DNA of 64,000 nt from Carpediemonas membranifera BICM (lineage: Eukaryota; Protista; Fornicata): positions 1 through 64,000 of the forward strand of contig JAHDYR010000001.1 in the NCBI GenBank assembly GCA_019828565.1. Reading direction: 5' to 3'. Made by a program: the position numbers and the translations under genes. Every line of letters starts with the position of its first letter. Positions within the stretch are counted from its first letter, which is position 1. The notes under the pieces are model-generated. The model did no database searches and was not told the DNA's origin. It worked only from the letters and a program-made list of their open reading frames with translations. Shown piece after piece: positions 48,198 through 58,458 of the stretch.

Positions 48198-51100
48198 TTA
48201 GACGAACGCCTTCGCATCATCAGGCATCACATCCTGCTGCATCAAAGCCCGCAGGTTAGCGGGTAAGTCACGCACACGGGGCAGCTCCAGCCGCGATATG
48301 TAGTCATCAAGCTTCACTAGCGTCTTGTCGTCTGCATCACGGACGTAGACTCTGTTCCTCTTCATCCTTACCTTGAACTTGTGGCCGGCAACTTCGTACT
48401 TGGCGTTCCTCAATCGTTTGACGTTGTACGCCTCGCCCGTCTCAAAGAAGCGCTGATTGAAGACGCCGGCGACTGCGATGTCGGCCTTGTCGTGGACGTC
48501 CTCGGGGGAGTAGACTGGGTTGTTGGCGGGCTTGGTCTCCAGCGCCTCCCAGAAGGTGGCAGTGCCTTCGCGGACAAAGGCAAAGATACATCCGATAAAG
48601 AACGTGGCAAAGTAAACAACGTAAAGGAGCACCCGCTTGAAGATGGGCGAGCTTCCTTCGATGAAGATGCTCTTGGTGTCCGACAGGCCGACCATCTGGG
48701 GACCGATGTTCTCATCGTAAGTTCGGACGGACATGACTCTGAACTCGACGAATGCCGTCAGCCCGCCCATGTCGTATGTCATGGCGTGCTCGTACGTGGT
48801 GTCGAGTGTCTCCCAGACGGTCTTGTCGATACGGCGCTGGAACATGTACTGGATGTCAGGCGAGGTTGCGGCTGCTGCAACGCTGATGACACCAGTGTCG
48901 ATCTGGTCGATCGTGACATCAACAGTGTCATTGGACGTGGTGCCGCCAAACGTGAACGTGGTGGATCCGGTCGTGACATTGAGGTTCTGGGTATAGAGGC
49001 TGGCGCCAGAGTCAATGCGGTACTGCGAGTACGCCTCGTTCATGGCCGTAATCTTGTCACCGATGCCCAGTGCGGCCACCTCGTCGCCGTGGGCGCCTGT
49101 AGTGGCGGCCGTGTCATTAGAGGTGGTGACGTTCCTGGGCGTGGCGTCGAGAGTGAGGTAGAACGTGAAGACGAACGTGTCGCCAGGTGAGATGTCGGTG
49201 TTCGAGGTGAGCGTGACGTTCTTGCGGTTGTCACCGAGCGTGTCGACGTCGGTAGTAAACTCAGTTGAGTCGGAATCGACTGTGAAATCCTCAGTGACGA
49301 GGAAGTTGCCGCGGGCGTCGAAGGCCTGTACATCACCTGAGTTAGTCAGCCTTGCCGTTATTCTGACGACGTTCTTGCCCTTCCACACGAGCCTCTGGTC
49401 CTCTAAGGCGACCAGAGTAGTCGGGTCTACAAGGACTGACTCGAAAGTGGAGTCGATAGCCGCGCCCTTGGCCTCAACCGTGCGCTCGATGCCCTGGCCG
49501 ATGGTGTCCCAGGCAACCTTATCTTGACCGACCCAATCAGTGTACGTCAGCTTGAGGTCGGCGATTGCGGGTATGTCGCCCCATGGTGAGGTCTCGCGGT
49601 GGCAACGGAGGACAAGGTACATGTCTGCGAGGTCGGGTAGGCCGTAGTGGGCGCGGGGCATGGGGAAGTAGTCGAGGTTCCCGCCGTTAAACGAGGACGA
49701 GTCGAAGGCGTTGGTAAAGTCGATGGCGTAGCTGGCCCAACCGGCAGAGTCGACCGAGGTCGGCTGAAGAGCAGCGGCAGTCACGTTGACGGCGTCCTTG
49801 ACACTGAGGTAGTAGGCCTCCATGTCGTCGTCGGCTCTGGCGTAATCTGTTGTCACAAGCTTGGTCAGCCGCTCGACCTGGGCACTCGTCATAAACTTGC
49901 CGTCGACCATGTCGATCGAGGAAGGAGCACGGAAAGTGGCCTTCAGGTCAGACGAGTGGCCGAGCGTGTAGAACACCTTGCCGTGGACCTCGTTCATCTG
50001 GGCCGCGAGGTCGGCGTCGGGCTCACCTGCACCGGTGTTATTGTAGGGCACACCGAACATGATGGGGGGCACGCGGAGGTCGGCGCCGTAAGCATGGTGA
50101 TCGCCCAAGCCGGACACATCGGTGTCGTTGGGGAGGCCCTGGAGCTGCTCGAGGTTGAGGGTGACGTTAATGGAGTACAGCCGGCCTCTGAACTGCTCGG
50201 GGAATGTGTCGAGGACCTTGATGTCATAGTAGTACGTGCCCTTGAATCCGTCGCGGATGGTGACAGCGTTGACGTGTTCAAAGTCGAAGAACAGCGGCTG
50301 CATGTCCTGGACGGCAGTGCTGGGCTTGATCTCGAGATACTGGGCGATCTCTGGGTCGACTGACACGTTCATGAAGTTGTACGCGGTGACGTTCTTGATG
50401 TAGTTGCAGTAGACGTTATCGGCGAGGAGCTTATCAGTGTCGACGTTGCGTGCCTCTGGGTTCTTGCACACAGATGGGATGTCCATGCCGTCGTTGAGCA
50501 CGTAAATGTCCCAGCCGACGTTGTTCTTGATCGTCACGCGGGCTGTGAAGCTCTGGTTCGGCTGGAGGATGCATGAGGTGCCGAGCTCGCCAGCGTAGGA
50601 GATCGTGGTCATGTCGCCGTAGCCATACTGGAGCGGACTGACCTGCATCGTGTACTGGCGGCCAGACAGGCCCCTGGTCATCTCCTGGGCGTCCTTAAGG
50701 TTCATTACATGGTAGAACCTGGTGTCGGTGGTCGCCACGACGTCAGGGATGACTGAATCAACGATGGTGACGTCGGATCTGATGCCCTGGGTGACAGATG
50801 TCTCCTCGTCCACGATGATGAACGAGTTTGGCCCGTTGACGGGGTTCCAGTACTGGAAACGTGCGCCGTCGAACACCTTGACGTCGCCCTCGTACGAGAC
50901 GCCGTCGATGGGCTCCATATGGAGGTATGCGGTCAGCGTCTCGTGGGCGCCACCACGCATAGTGAGGGCGAAGTACATCCAATCTCTGGCCTGGTTGGTG
51001 GAGATGTAGTTCTGGGTGAAGTTGCTGATAGTAGTGGGCGTGTACATCTCGGTAGAAGGGTCGCAGGCGTAGTTGTTGTACCAGTTGGAGCCTGGGCGAT

Positions 51101-54100
51101 AGGCTACAGGGACGACGTTGTTCATCCCGACTGAGCGGAGCTCCTGCACCCTCGTAGCGTTGTGCATGCTGGGCACCTTGCGGTTGAAGAGACACACGTA
51201 GTAGTTCTTGAGCCTGTTGCTAATGACAGTGGGCAGGTTGCCTTCAGAGTCCGTGATGTCAAACAGGTCGATCCACTCGTCGTCGGGGATGAGGGGTGAC
51301 TGGCCTACAGAGTACGTGTTGACGTAGCTCTGGCCGCCGAGCATCGTGTCGTCCCTGCTCTGAAGGTTATCAGACCACCAGCCAGACATGTGTGAGAAGC
51401 GGGGGTCTGTGACAGGATACGCGGGGTTGTTGCGGGCTGAGTCGTAAGTCACGGAGAAACCGACGCCCTTCCAGATGGGCCAGCTGACGATGTTATGGGG
51501 CTTGTAGATGCCGTTGTTGGCGTTGGGCAGGAGATTGTCGATGGTGTACGGGTAGCCCTGGGCGTACGGTGTCGAGCTGTAGTCGTAGTGTGTCATGTCC
51601 CACATGTTGGCCTTGGAGTAGTTATCAGGGTACCAGTCGGCCACGCGGGGCGAGTACTGCCAGTCCTTGCCGCTGTGGGTTGAGTCGGCGCGGGACAGCG
51701 TCTTTGTGGGCAGGGTGACGCCGTCCTGGCACTCGGAGACCGTGAGATCGTTGGAGCAGAGGGTGGTGGAGTTCACAGACTTTAGCTCCTCAGAGTCGAG
51801 CAGCGTGCCCTCGAGGACAGTGCCTGGCTCGGACCAGCACTCGCCGTACTTGGACCAGAACACCTGCTTTTCGTACGAGTAGTCCGTAGCCTCTGTGGGA
51901 GAGTCGAGGTCGAACCGGTCCTGGGTCCAAACGGTGGTGTTCTCGTCGTAGACTAGGCCCCTACCACCCATGTCGCCCCAGGCGTTGTGGTGGTTCTCGC
52001 CGCATCTGGCCATGTCGAAGTATTTGGGGTAGTTGGAGGTGAACTTGGACATAACCTTGACGTCGATGGCGTGGTCGGTCGGCCAAGCGTCTACATACCT
52101 CTCACCGGTCTCAGCGTCGAGCATCTCGAACGTGGTAGAGATCATGAAGTTCCTGAGCGGCGGGGGGATCGGCGGCACGTCCGCAAAGGCCGACCGGAGG
52201 GGCTGTGCCATCTTACGGTACCACAAATCAGTCCACTCAATCCTGCCCGTCGTGGCGGCGAGGGGGATGACCTGGGAGATCCCCGTGGTCAGATACTCGC
52301 GCAGGGGGATAGAGCTCGTGCCAATGGTGGAAACTGCACCGAAGCCGGCCGACTTGGAGACGTGGCCAGGGTCCGAGACGTGGTGGGTCTCGACCGAGCC
52401 CCAGAGCGTGGAGTGCTCGTTCATGTCCTGGTAGTACAGACGGTAGCGGCTAAACTGCTCGATCGACTCGTACGCCTTGACCGTGCGAACAAAGTCAGAC
52501 TCGGGGCATCCTGCGTCGCCGGTAGAGGTGGAGCAGCGCTCGAAGAGGAAGGAGAGCTGGACCGCGGGGAGGGACATGAGCGTGGTGACGCCGAACTCGA
52601 CCTTGGTGAAGCCGACAGTCTCGGGGTCGACCAGGCTGAACTCGTCAATGAGCTCGACCGAGGAGGCGGCGAGGTTATACTTGAGGTCGTACACGGCCAG
52701 CGTGGCGTTGAACGCCTCGTGCGTGTAGTTACCAATGTGCTGTACATCATCGTCCATCAAACGGGCAAGGTACTGACCGTTGGAGTTGACCAGACCCTCG
52801 AGGGCGACCTGGATAGGAGAGCCGTTGATGCTGTACCTGTCGCCCGAAGTCGTGCCTCTGCGGAAGTGTGCTGTGATGATCCACTTGCCATTGACCTTGT
52901 CCGCGGGGACAGTGATGTCAGTGTCTGTCATGGCAACGTGGTCGACGGCGAAGTTCACCATGTTGGCATTGAGGATCTGCGTCTCGGTCATGTCACCCCA
53001 ACCCACGCCGGGGGGGAGGGTAAAGACGAACTTACCGCCGCGGAACGTGTACGAGGGCATAATGGTGAACTCTGCCTGGTAGGCGTTGATCACAGAGACG
53101 CTGGGGTACTCTACGCCGTCGGCTGAGATGTAGTAGCCGCCTTGGCGCTTAGTAAAGTCGCTGTTGGTCACACCGTCGAAGTAGCGGACGTCGCGCTCGT
53201 CTCTCACGTCCGCCTGGTTGATGGGCATGAGGTAGTGGGTGGCTGTGACGTTGTTAATGTCTCTGATGTCTCCCGTGGGCAGCTCGAGATCGTCATAGTG
53301 GATCATCTTCCTGTAGCAGTTGGTGACGTTCGCCTTAGAGCACTGAGCAGTGTCGTTAGGCGCGGTAAACTGGGCCAGGCCGTTGTAATACTGGGTCGGC
53401 TTGAGCCCGTCGTCCTTAGCGGAGTCCCAGTAGCCCTTAACGTACTCGTCGGCCGTGGGAGTGACTCCAAAGTCAGCGTCAAAGTCGATCTCATAACGGG
53501 GCATGTTCGGGTCGACCAGAGAGGCGTGCTTGTCAACAGTGTAGAAGGTGTAGGCGGACGGGGTGCCTCTTGGGAGGTACTGGCGGCCGAAGTTCTCGTA
53601 GTAGTCGCCGTTCATGAAGTATAGATCGGTACGGGTGAGCCCGAGGGTGCGGCGGCCGGTGATCACGCCTTCTTCGAGGTAGCGGCGCTCGTTGAAGATG
53701 GGGCGGTTGGCCTCGTCGTTGATCGTGGGCCAGGCGGTGTGGTCGGTGCCCCACAAAGTGGTGGCGCCAACCTCCTTGGTGGCGTCGATGAACGGGACGT
53801 ACCGCTGCTGTGCGGCCTCGAATTTGGTGGCGTAGTCGTAGTAGGAAACCTGGTCAATGACCTCATAAGTGGAGTTCAAGTCGACGAGGGCGCCAATGTT
53901 GGTAATGTCTGCCTTAGTCCCATTCACACCATACGCCAGTGGGGGGAAGGCGAGCTCGTACTTGGGGTTGTCCCTGTAGCTGTGTGTGATCTTCACGGGG
54001 TCGTCCCACTCGACAGTGAGGGTGACAGCCTTGCCAGACATGAGGGCGACGTCGAGATGGTCGGCATCGAGGTCCTGCCACTGTGTACCGCGGGTGTAGT

Positions 54101-56282
54101 CCTTGGAGAAGGGGTAGACGTAGTTTGTGCGGCCGTTACCAGTGCCCATAGCGGGGGACTTCTTGTAGTATGCGTTCCAGAAGTCGAGGATGTCAGCCGT
54201 GACCTGCTGGTCCGACCCGTCTACCACGGGGGAGACGAGAGGGATCACCTGGACGTGCTGGACGTCGTACGCCCGCGTGTTCGCCCTGTTGTTTGCCGTG
54301 ACGATGGGGTCAATGGTGTAGCCCTTGCCGGGGAGGGGGTAGAAGCTGCTCGGGTCGATGTTGTAGTCGGCACGGATGAGGGCAGCGCTCTTGGCCTGGA
54401 GGTACGTGGCGCCGTGGCGGAGCTGGACGTGTACGCCGTGCGTGTTCGTATATGACACCTGAGAGGCGGCGACGACAACGTTCCAGCCGCGCTGAGTGGC
54501 CTTCGCGTCGTTGATGTACAGCGTGAACTCCAGCGAGAGCACGTCTGAGGCGGGCAGGGTCGCCACTGGGCAGGAGTAGGCGCTGAGCCATGTGATGGAG
54601 TCGTCGTTGTCCATGAAATCGTGGGGCACGACAGAAACGTTCACACAGCCGGCGGGGACGCTGGCGACGTCGAAGTAGCGGGGGAACTGCATGATTATGT
54701 TGACGTCGTCGACGGGCTCCTCGTACAAATTCATGAACTCGCTAGTGACCTTGAGGTAAATGTCGGCCTCGAGAGCGGGGAAGTAGTTCTTGCTCACTCT
54801 GTCGGACACCATGCCGTGTTCGCAGTAGGAGTTGTACAGTACGTTTTTCGCAAAGGACATCATGATGGTGTTGAGGAATACAGGATACATGGCGTCGAAA
54901 CGGGCGACTGGATGGGCTAGGTTGACGAAGATCTGGCCGTTGCCGTACTCCTTGCGGCCGTACATGAACAAGTTGTCGGAGTTCTTCGCGGCGATGCTGA
55001 TGCCTTCGTTGGGATCCTTGATCTGCAGGTTCGTAGTGTCGAACTTCATGTACTGCTTGAGCTTGGCGTCCTTGGCTGGGTTGATGGCGTATGAGGAGAG
55101 GAGGTACTGTGGGAGACGCTCCTTACTGTCCTCGAGGATGCCCATGCAAGCCGCGGCGTGGTAGAAGTTACGATCGCCTAGCGTGTTGGGTCCGCTGCAG
55201 CCGTTGATGTAAGCAGTGTTGCCGGAGGCGACGAGGACCTCGCGGGGCTTGACAGTCCCGCTGGAGAGGAGGCCGAGCTTCTCTGCGACGTAGGCACCCT
55301 TGCCGCTGGCGATGATCGTGCCGCCGTTGTTGACGAAAGCTTGGATCTGGGCCTTGCCAGACTCGCCGATGTAGTCGACAATGGTGCTCTCCATGCGCAT
55401 GATAACGTCAGGGATGACGAGAACAGCCACGGGAGCAGAATTGTGCTCCTGGGAGAGCCAGCCTGACTGGACATCGGCCTGGTCGACGTAGACGAAGGAG
55501 GTGTCCTGGATGGTGGCAGTGGTCGAGTTGAGGTACTTCTCATACGTGGTCGTGTCGAAGCACTGGGTGTACTTGCCGAGGTACGTCTTCATCGCGGTGC
55601 AGTAGTAGGACGACTCGTAGGTCAAGTCGCGGGAGCCGATGCCGGAGACAGCCTCTTGGATCTTGAGGACGGCGACGTGGCCCTCGTATATTGCCTTGGC
55701 GAGCTCAATCTCGACGCTCTCGCCCGTCTCGGACATCCAGTTGAAGTAGCCCTTCCACGGGACGGCCTCGGCGTTGGTGCGGACGATGGCGCCCTTCTCG
55801 AGCGTGCGGTCGCCGTACTGTAGGTAGTGCTTGTCGGAGTCGTAGACGTCGTTGTGGGTGAACTCGTACGGGTACATGATGAACTCAGCCTTCTGGGTCG
55901 CCAGCTTGCCAAAGACCCACTTGTACGCGCGCTGGAGACGAGAGCCGCTAGAGAAGGTCTTGGGGTTGCCTTGGGCGTCCACACGGGGGCTGCTGGAGTT
56001 ATACCAGCCGTAGTAGTGCTGGAACTTTCCAAACGGAATGACCATGGGGTCCTCAATGGTGGGAGCGGAGCCAGTAACAGAGTCCAGGAGTGCCTTGATG
56101 CGAGAGGAACTCTGGGACTTGGTGCTGGGATCCATCCACTCGTTGTCGGAGATACCATAGGGATGATTGTACTCAATGAATCGTTCTGCGCGTTCGGTGG
56201 CTGCGCTGAACAGCTTCACTGAGCCAAATGCACAACAGATCACCAGGAGGGTTGCTATGACGAAGGTGATGCGTTTCGTCAT
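48198..56282 (-). CDS. Very large type I membrane/surface protein (2694 aa)
   Basis: Signal peptide MTKRITFVIATLLVICCAFG, Asn/Thr/Tyr/Asp-rich ectodomain with many N-x-S/T sequons, one C-terminal TM (VLLYVVYFATFFIGCIFAFV) and a ~120-aa tail. Includes a class I GATase-like segment (VLVIPD...IQAFVNNGGTIIASGKGAY) and Ig/DUF11-like segments (VRITARLTNSGDVQA...ISPGDTFVFTF). Confidence 0.9.
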   Translation of the reverse strand: MTKRITFVIATLLVICCAFGSVKLFSAATERAERFIEYNHPYGISDNEWMDPSTKSQSSSRIKALLDSVTGSAPTIEDPMVIPFGKFQHYYGWYNSSSPRVDAQGNPKTFSSGSRLQRAYKWVFGKLATQKAEFIMYPYEFTHNDVYDSDKHYLQYGDRTLEKGAIVRTNAEAVPWKGYFNWMSETGESVEIELAKAIYEGHVAVLKIQEAVSGIGSRDLTYESSYYCTAMKTYLGKYTQCFDTTTYEKYLNSTTATIQDTSFVYVDQADVQSGWLSQEHNSAPVAVLVIPDVIMRMESTIVDYIGESGKAQIQAFVNNGGTIIASGKGAYVAEKLGLLSSGTVKPREVLVASGNTAYINGCSGPNTLGDRNFYHAAACMGILEDSKERLPQYLLSSYAINPAKDAKLKQYMKFDTTNLQIKDPNEGISIAAKNSDNLFMYGRKEYGNGQIFVNLAHPVARFDAMYPVFLNTIMMSFAKNVLYNSYCEHGMVSDRVSKNYFPALEADIYLKVTSEFMNLYEEPVDDVNIIMQFPRYFDVASVPAGCVNVSVVPHDFMDNDDSITWLSAYSCPVATLPASDVLSLEFTLYINDAKATQRGWNVVVAASQVSYTNTHGVHVQLRHGATYLQAKSAALIRADYNIDPSSFYPLPGKGYTIDPIVTANNRANTRAYDVQHVQVIPLVSPVVDGSDQQVTADILDFWNAYYKKSPAMGTGNGRTNYVYPFSKDYTRGTQWQDLDADHLDVALMSGKAVTLTVEWDDPVKITHSYRDNPKYELAFPPLAYGVNGTKADITNIGALVDLNSTYEVIDQVSYYDYATKFEAAQQRYVPFIDATKEVGATTLWGTDHTAWPTINDEANRPIFNERRYLEEGVITGRRTLGLTRTDLYFMNGDYYENFGRQYLPRGTPSAYTFYTVDKHASLVDPNMPRYEIDFDADFGVTPTADEYVKGYWDSAKDDGLKPTQYYNGLAQFTAPNDTAQCSKANVTNCYRKMIHYDDLELPTGDIRDINNVTATHYLMPINQADVRDERDVRYFDGVTNSDFTKRQGGYYISADGVEYPSVSVINAYQAEFTIMPSYTFRGGKFVFTLPPGVGWGDMTETQILNANMVNFAVDHVAMTDTDITVPADKVNGKWIITAHFRRGTTSGDRYSINGSPIQVALEGLVNSNGQYLARLMDDDVQHIGNYTHEAFNATLAVYDLKYNLAASSVELIDEFSLVDPETVGFTKVEFGVTTLMSLPAVQLSFLFERCSTSTGDAGCPESDFVRTVKAYESIEQFSRYRLYYQDMNEHSTLWGSVETHHVSDPGHVSKSAGFGAVSTIGTSSIPLREYLTTGISQVIPLAATTGRIEWTDLWYRKMAQPLRSAFADVPPIPPPLRNFMISTTFEMLDAETGERYVDAWPTDHAIDVKVMSKFTSNYPKYFDMARCGENHHNAWGDMGGRGLVYDENTTVWTQDRFDLDSPTEATDYSYEKQVFWSKYGECWSEPGTVLEGTLLDSEELKSVNSTTLCSNDLTVSECQDGVTLPTKTLSRADSTHSGKDWQYSPRVADWYPDNYSKANMWDMTHYDYSSTPYAQGYPYTIDNLLPNANNGIYKPHNIVSWPIWKGVGFSVTYDSARNNPAYPVTDPRFSHMSGWWSDNLQSRDDTMLGGQSYVNTYSVGQSPLIPDDEWIDLFDITDSEGNLPTVISNRLKNYYVCLFNRKVPSMHNATRVQELRSVGMNNVVPVAYRPGSNWYNNYACDPSTEMYTPTTISNFTQNYISTNQARDWMYFALTMRGGAHETLTAYLHMEPIDGVSYEGDVKVFDGARFQYWNPVNGPNSFIIVDEETSVTQGIRSDVTIVDSVIPDVVATTDTRFYHVMNLKDAQEMTRGLSGRQYTMQVSPLQYGYGDMTTISYAGELGTSCILQPNQSFTARVTIKNNVGWDIYVLNDGMDIPSVCKNPEARNVDTDKLLADNVYCNYIKNVTAYNFMNVSVDPEIAQYLEIKPSTAVQDMQPLFFDFEHVNAVTIRDGFKGTYYYDIKVLDTFPEQFRGRLYSINVTLNLEQLQGLPNDTDVSGLGDHHAYGADLRVPPIMFGVPYNNTGAGEPDADLAAQMNEVHGKVFYTLGHSSDLKATFRAPSSIDMVDGKFMTSAQVERLTKLVTTDYARADDDMEAYYLSVKDAVNVTAAALQPTSVDSAGWASYAIDFTNAFDSSSFNGGNLDYFPMPRAHYGLPDLADMYLVLRCHRETSPWGDIPAIADLKLTYTDWVGQDKVAWDTIGQGIERTVEAKGAAIDSTFESVLVDPTTLVALEDQRLVWKGKNVVRITARLTNSGDVQAFDARGNFLVTEDFTVDSDSTEFTTDVDTLGDNRKNVTLTSNTDISPGDTFVFTFYLTLDATPRNVTTSNDTAATTGAHGDEVAALGIGDKITAMNEAYSQYRIDSGASLYTQNLNVTTGSTTFTFGGTTSNDTVDVTIDQIDTGVISVAAAATSPDIQYMFQRRIDKTVWETLDTTYEHAMTYDMGGLTAFVEFRVMSVRTYDENIGPQMVGLSDTKSIFIEGSSPIFKRVLLYVVYFATFFIGCIFAFVREGTATFWEALETKPANNPVYSPEDVHDKADIAVAGVFNQRFFETGEAYNVKRLRNAKYEVAGHKFKVRMKRNRVYVRDADDKTLVKLDDYISRLELPRVRDLPANLRALMQQDVMPDDAKAFV

Positions 56283-56510
56283 TGTGGTGTCGTGCGTAGA
56301 TGGGTGATCAGTTTTTTACGCACAGAAAAAAATCCTAGATATGCGGGCGAATCCCAGCATATTCGCGCATATCCCGAATATTCTAGCACGACTGTACAGT
56401 TGGATCGATTTAGTTCCGCCCTGCAAGCATCCGCTCCAACTCCGCTCCAACGATATCTGGCCAACCGGCGCATATCACTCTGCCATCCATTTTCGTTGAC
56501 CATTCTTGAC

Positions 56511-57191
56511 TCACCGATATCGGAAAGATACGCCCGCCGTATCTCTCACCTTAAACTTCCTATTAGATCTCGCGGTTGCAGGACATCTGAGGTTGGTGCC
56601 ATAGATCTCGAGGTCGGCACCAGCGACAGTGAGGGCGAACACCGCCCGATCCTTACCAACAACAGTCAGCCTATCGTCTCTAGAGACAATGTAGAACGAC
56701 TGCGACGTTTCTAGCACCACAACGCCCTCCAGACCGACGTGGGTGGGGTTCGATGACTGGCGGACGGCCACGAGAGCGCCCGTCAAGTCCATTTTGAGTA
56801 TGATGCTGTACAGTGCTGCGGGGTCCATGGCGGTGGAGGGGAGAACGTCTGCGGCGTATTCGGACCAGAGGGAGTGGAGCGGCTCGTAGTCGGCGAAGGA
56901 GGCGGGGCCCGGGCGGAGGCGGGGAAGGCGACAGGCGCGCTGCTTGCGGCGAGAAAGTGGTAGCTTGTCTACACGCTTGGTTTCAGCTGCTGTGGCTGCT
57001 CCTGCAAGCGTTGGCTTGCGAGGACCGTGGACTTGGAGCAGTTTCCCTCGGAATTTGGAGTTAATTGTCGCATCCTCCTTGCTGTGTGATTGCATAAGCG
57101 TAGTACAAACTGTTGGGGAACTTTCAGAATCGATTTGACGAACAACTCGGCCTCTAAACCCATTTGCTTCTGTCCACTGACGATTATACAT
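56511..57191 (-). CDS. POP4: RNase P/MRP subunit p29 (POP4/Rpp29); alternative start ATG at 57095
   Basis: Family signature YEPLHSLWSEY...LKMDLTGALVAVRQSSNPTHVGLEGVVVLETSQSF...VFAL...IYGTNL...RSNRKFK. Confidence 0.92.
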   Translation of the reverse strand: MYNRQWTEANGFRGRVVRQIDSESSPTVCTTLMQSHSKEDATINSKFRGKLLQVHGPRKPTLAGAATAAETKRVDKLPLSRRKQRACRLPRLRPGPASFADYEPLHSLWSEYAADVLPSTAMDPAALYSIILKMDLTGALVAVRQSSNPTHVGLEGVVVLETSQSFYIVSRDDRLTVVGKDRAVFALTVAGADLEIYGTNLRCPATARSNRKFKVRDTAGVSFRYR

Positions 57192-57442
57192 GTGCCATAA
57201 ATGGCGATCAATCGGGGATTAAAGGTGGATGAAGGCTGACTACGGCACGTCTACTGGCCCGTATAGGCTCTGACTTCGCATTAGCCATTCATGCCCACCT
57301 CCCACAATCCGTAACTCGATTCTACTTTCAACGCGGTCGACCTACCCAGCGTTCCAGAATCCACGCGCCCTCTCTCAAGAGGCACCACTGTCCTGGTCGT
57401 CAAGATTCTTGGGAGATCGTGGGGTGTCGTTGTCGCGACAAG

Positions 57443-58093
57443 ATGCCCGCACCCCTGCTTCCTATTGTGCCGTTCTCCGGTTCAGGCACTCGTTTGCTCA
57501 CAGGACCGCTTAAAACGATCTTATACTCACCTATTACGCTCCAAGAGCGTCTTTGCGAGGTCATTGGCTGTAGACAGTTCAATCTCAATGGAACCGAGAC
57601 GCCCGCGCACTTTGCGAGCCTTGTGATCCTCCTCGTGGTCTTTATTCTCATCGGACACACTCTCTTCCGCCTCCTAGCCTTCCTCGCCCGCCCACTCCTC
57701 GCACGCCACTCCACCTCCAGGGCCGTTGACCGTGCCGCGAGCCAAGTCTTCGGGCTTGTAGTAATCATCATGTACATGGCCTGGTTTGTCGTCTCCATCA
57801 ACGTGACTACCGGCTACGGCCGTGGTGACATGGCCGAGTCATCGCCCGAGCTCTCCCTGCACCTCCACGCATATGCTCTGGCCCTCATCGCATTCTTGCT
57901 CATCACGATTCGTACAGACAGGAGCGCGGCTGCCATCATCTTCCAGGTGATCATCCTCAGCTGCGACCTGGCCCTGCTTGTGGCCATCGCCGCGATCCCG
58001 TCATGGGGCCCAGTCCGGGAGCTCGGGATCATGCTCGTTGTCTCCTCGCTGTTCTTGGTCGCGCCCGTGAGGCTGAAGTCCATTTTTATGTGA
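57443..58093 (+). CDS. Small multi-pass membrane protein (~216 aa), function unknown
   Basis: ORF with 4-5 hydrophobic segments and coding-like GC3. First ATG at 57443. Confidence 0.65.
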   Translation: MPAPLLPIVPFSGSGTRLLTGPLKTILYSPITLQERLCEVIGCRQFNLNGTETPAHFASLVILLVVFILIGHTLFRLLAFLARPLLARHSTSRAVDRAASQVFGLVVIIMYMAWFVVSINVTTGYGRGDMAESSPELSLHLHAYALALIAFLLITIRTDRSAAAIIFQVIILSCDLALLVAIAAIPSWGPVRELGIMLVVSSLFLVAPVRLKSIFM

Positions 58094-58458
58094 GGATCGT
58101 CGGAATAAACGCTAGTTTTCTTGTTGACAGTACCCGGCTGGGGCGGGTCAGGACTGTCCATGACACTGGCCAGGCCTGGAGGGCTCCCGGATTCTGGGAA
58201 ACACTCCTGGATTCCGCGACTTTCGATGGCTCGAGAGGGGGAGCCATGTCGGGCTCGATGATCTCAGACTTGACCAAGCGCGAGAACAGGAAATAAGCTT
58301 GACACGCCATTTTAACTTACGGAGACATGGCGCACAGGTGTTCTTCCGACACGCGGGCGAGGCGGATTGCCGAAGGGCGATGACTGACTTGGCCAAGTCG
58401 TGTGCACGAAAAAAGTTTGTAAGCGTGTCCGGTTCCCGCGGCTTGCGTGAGAGCATCC

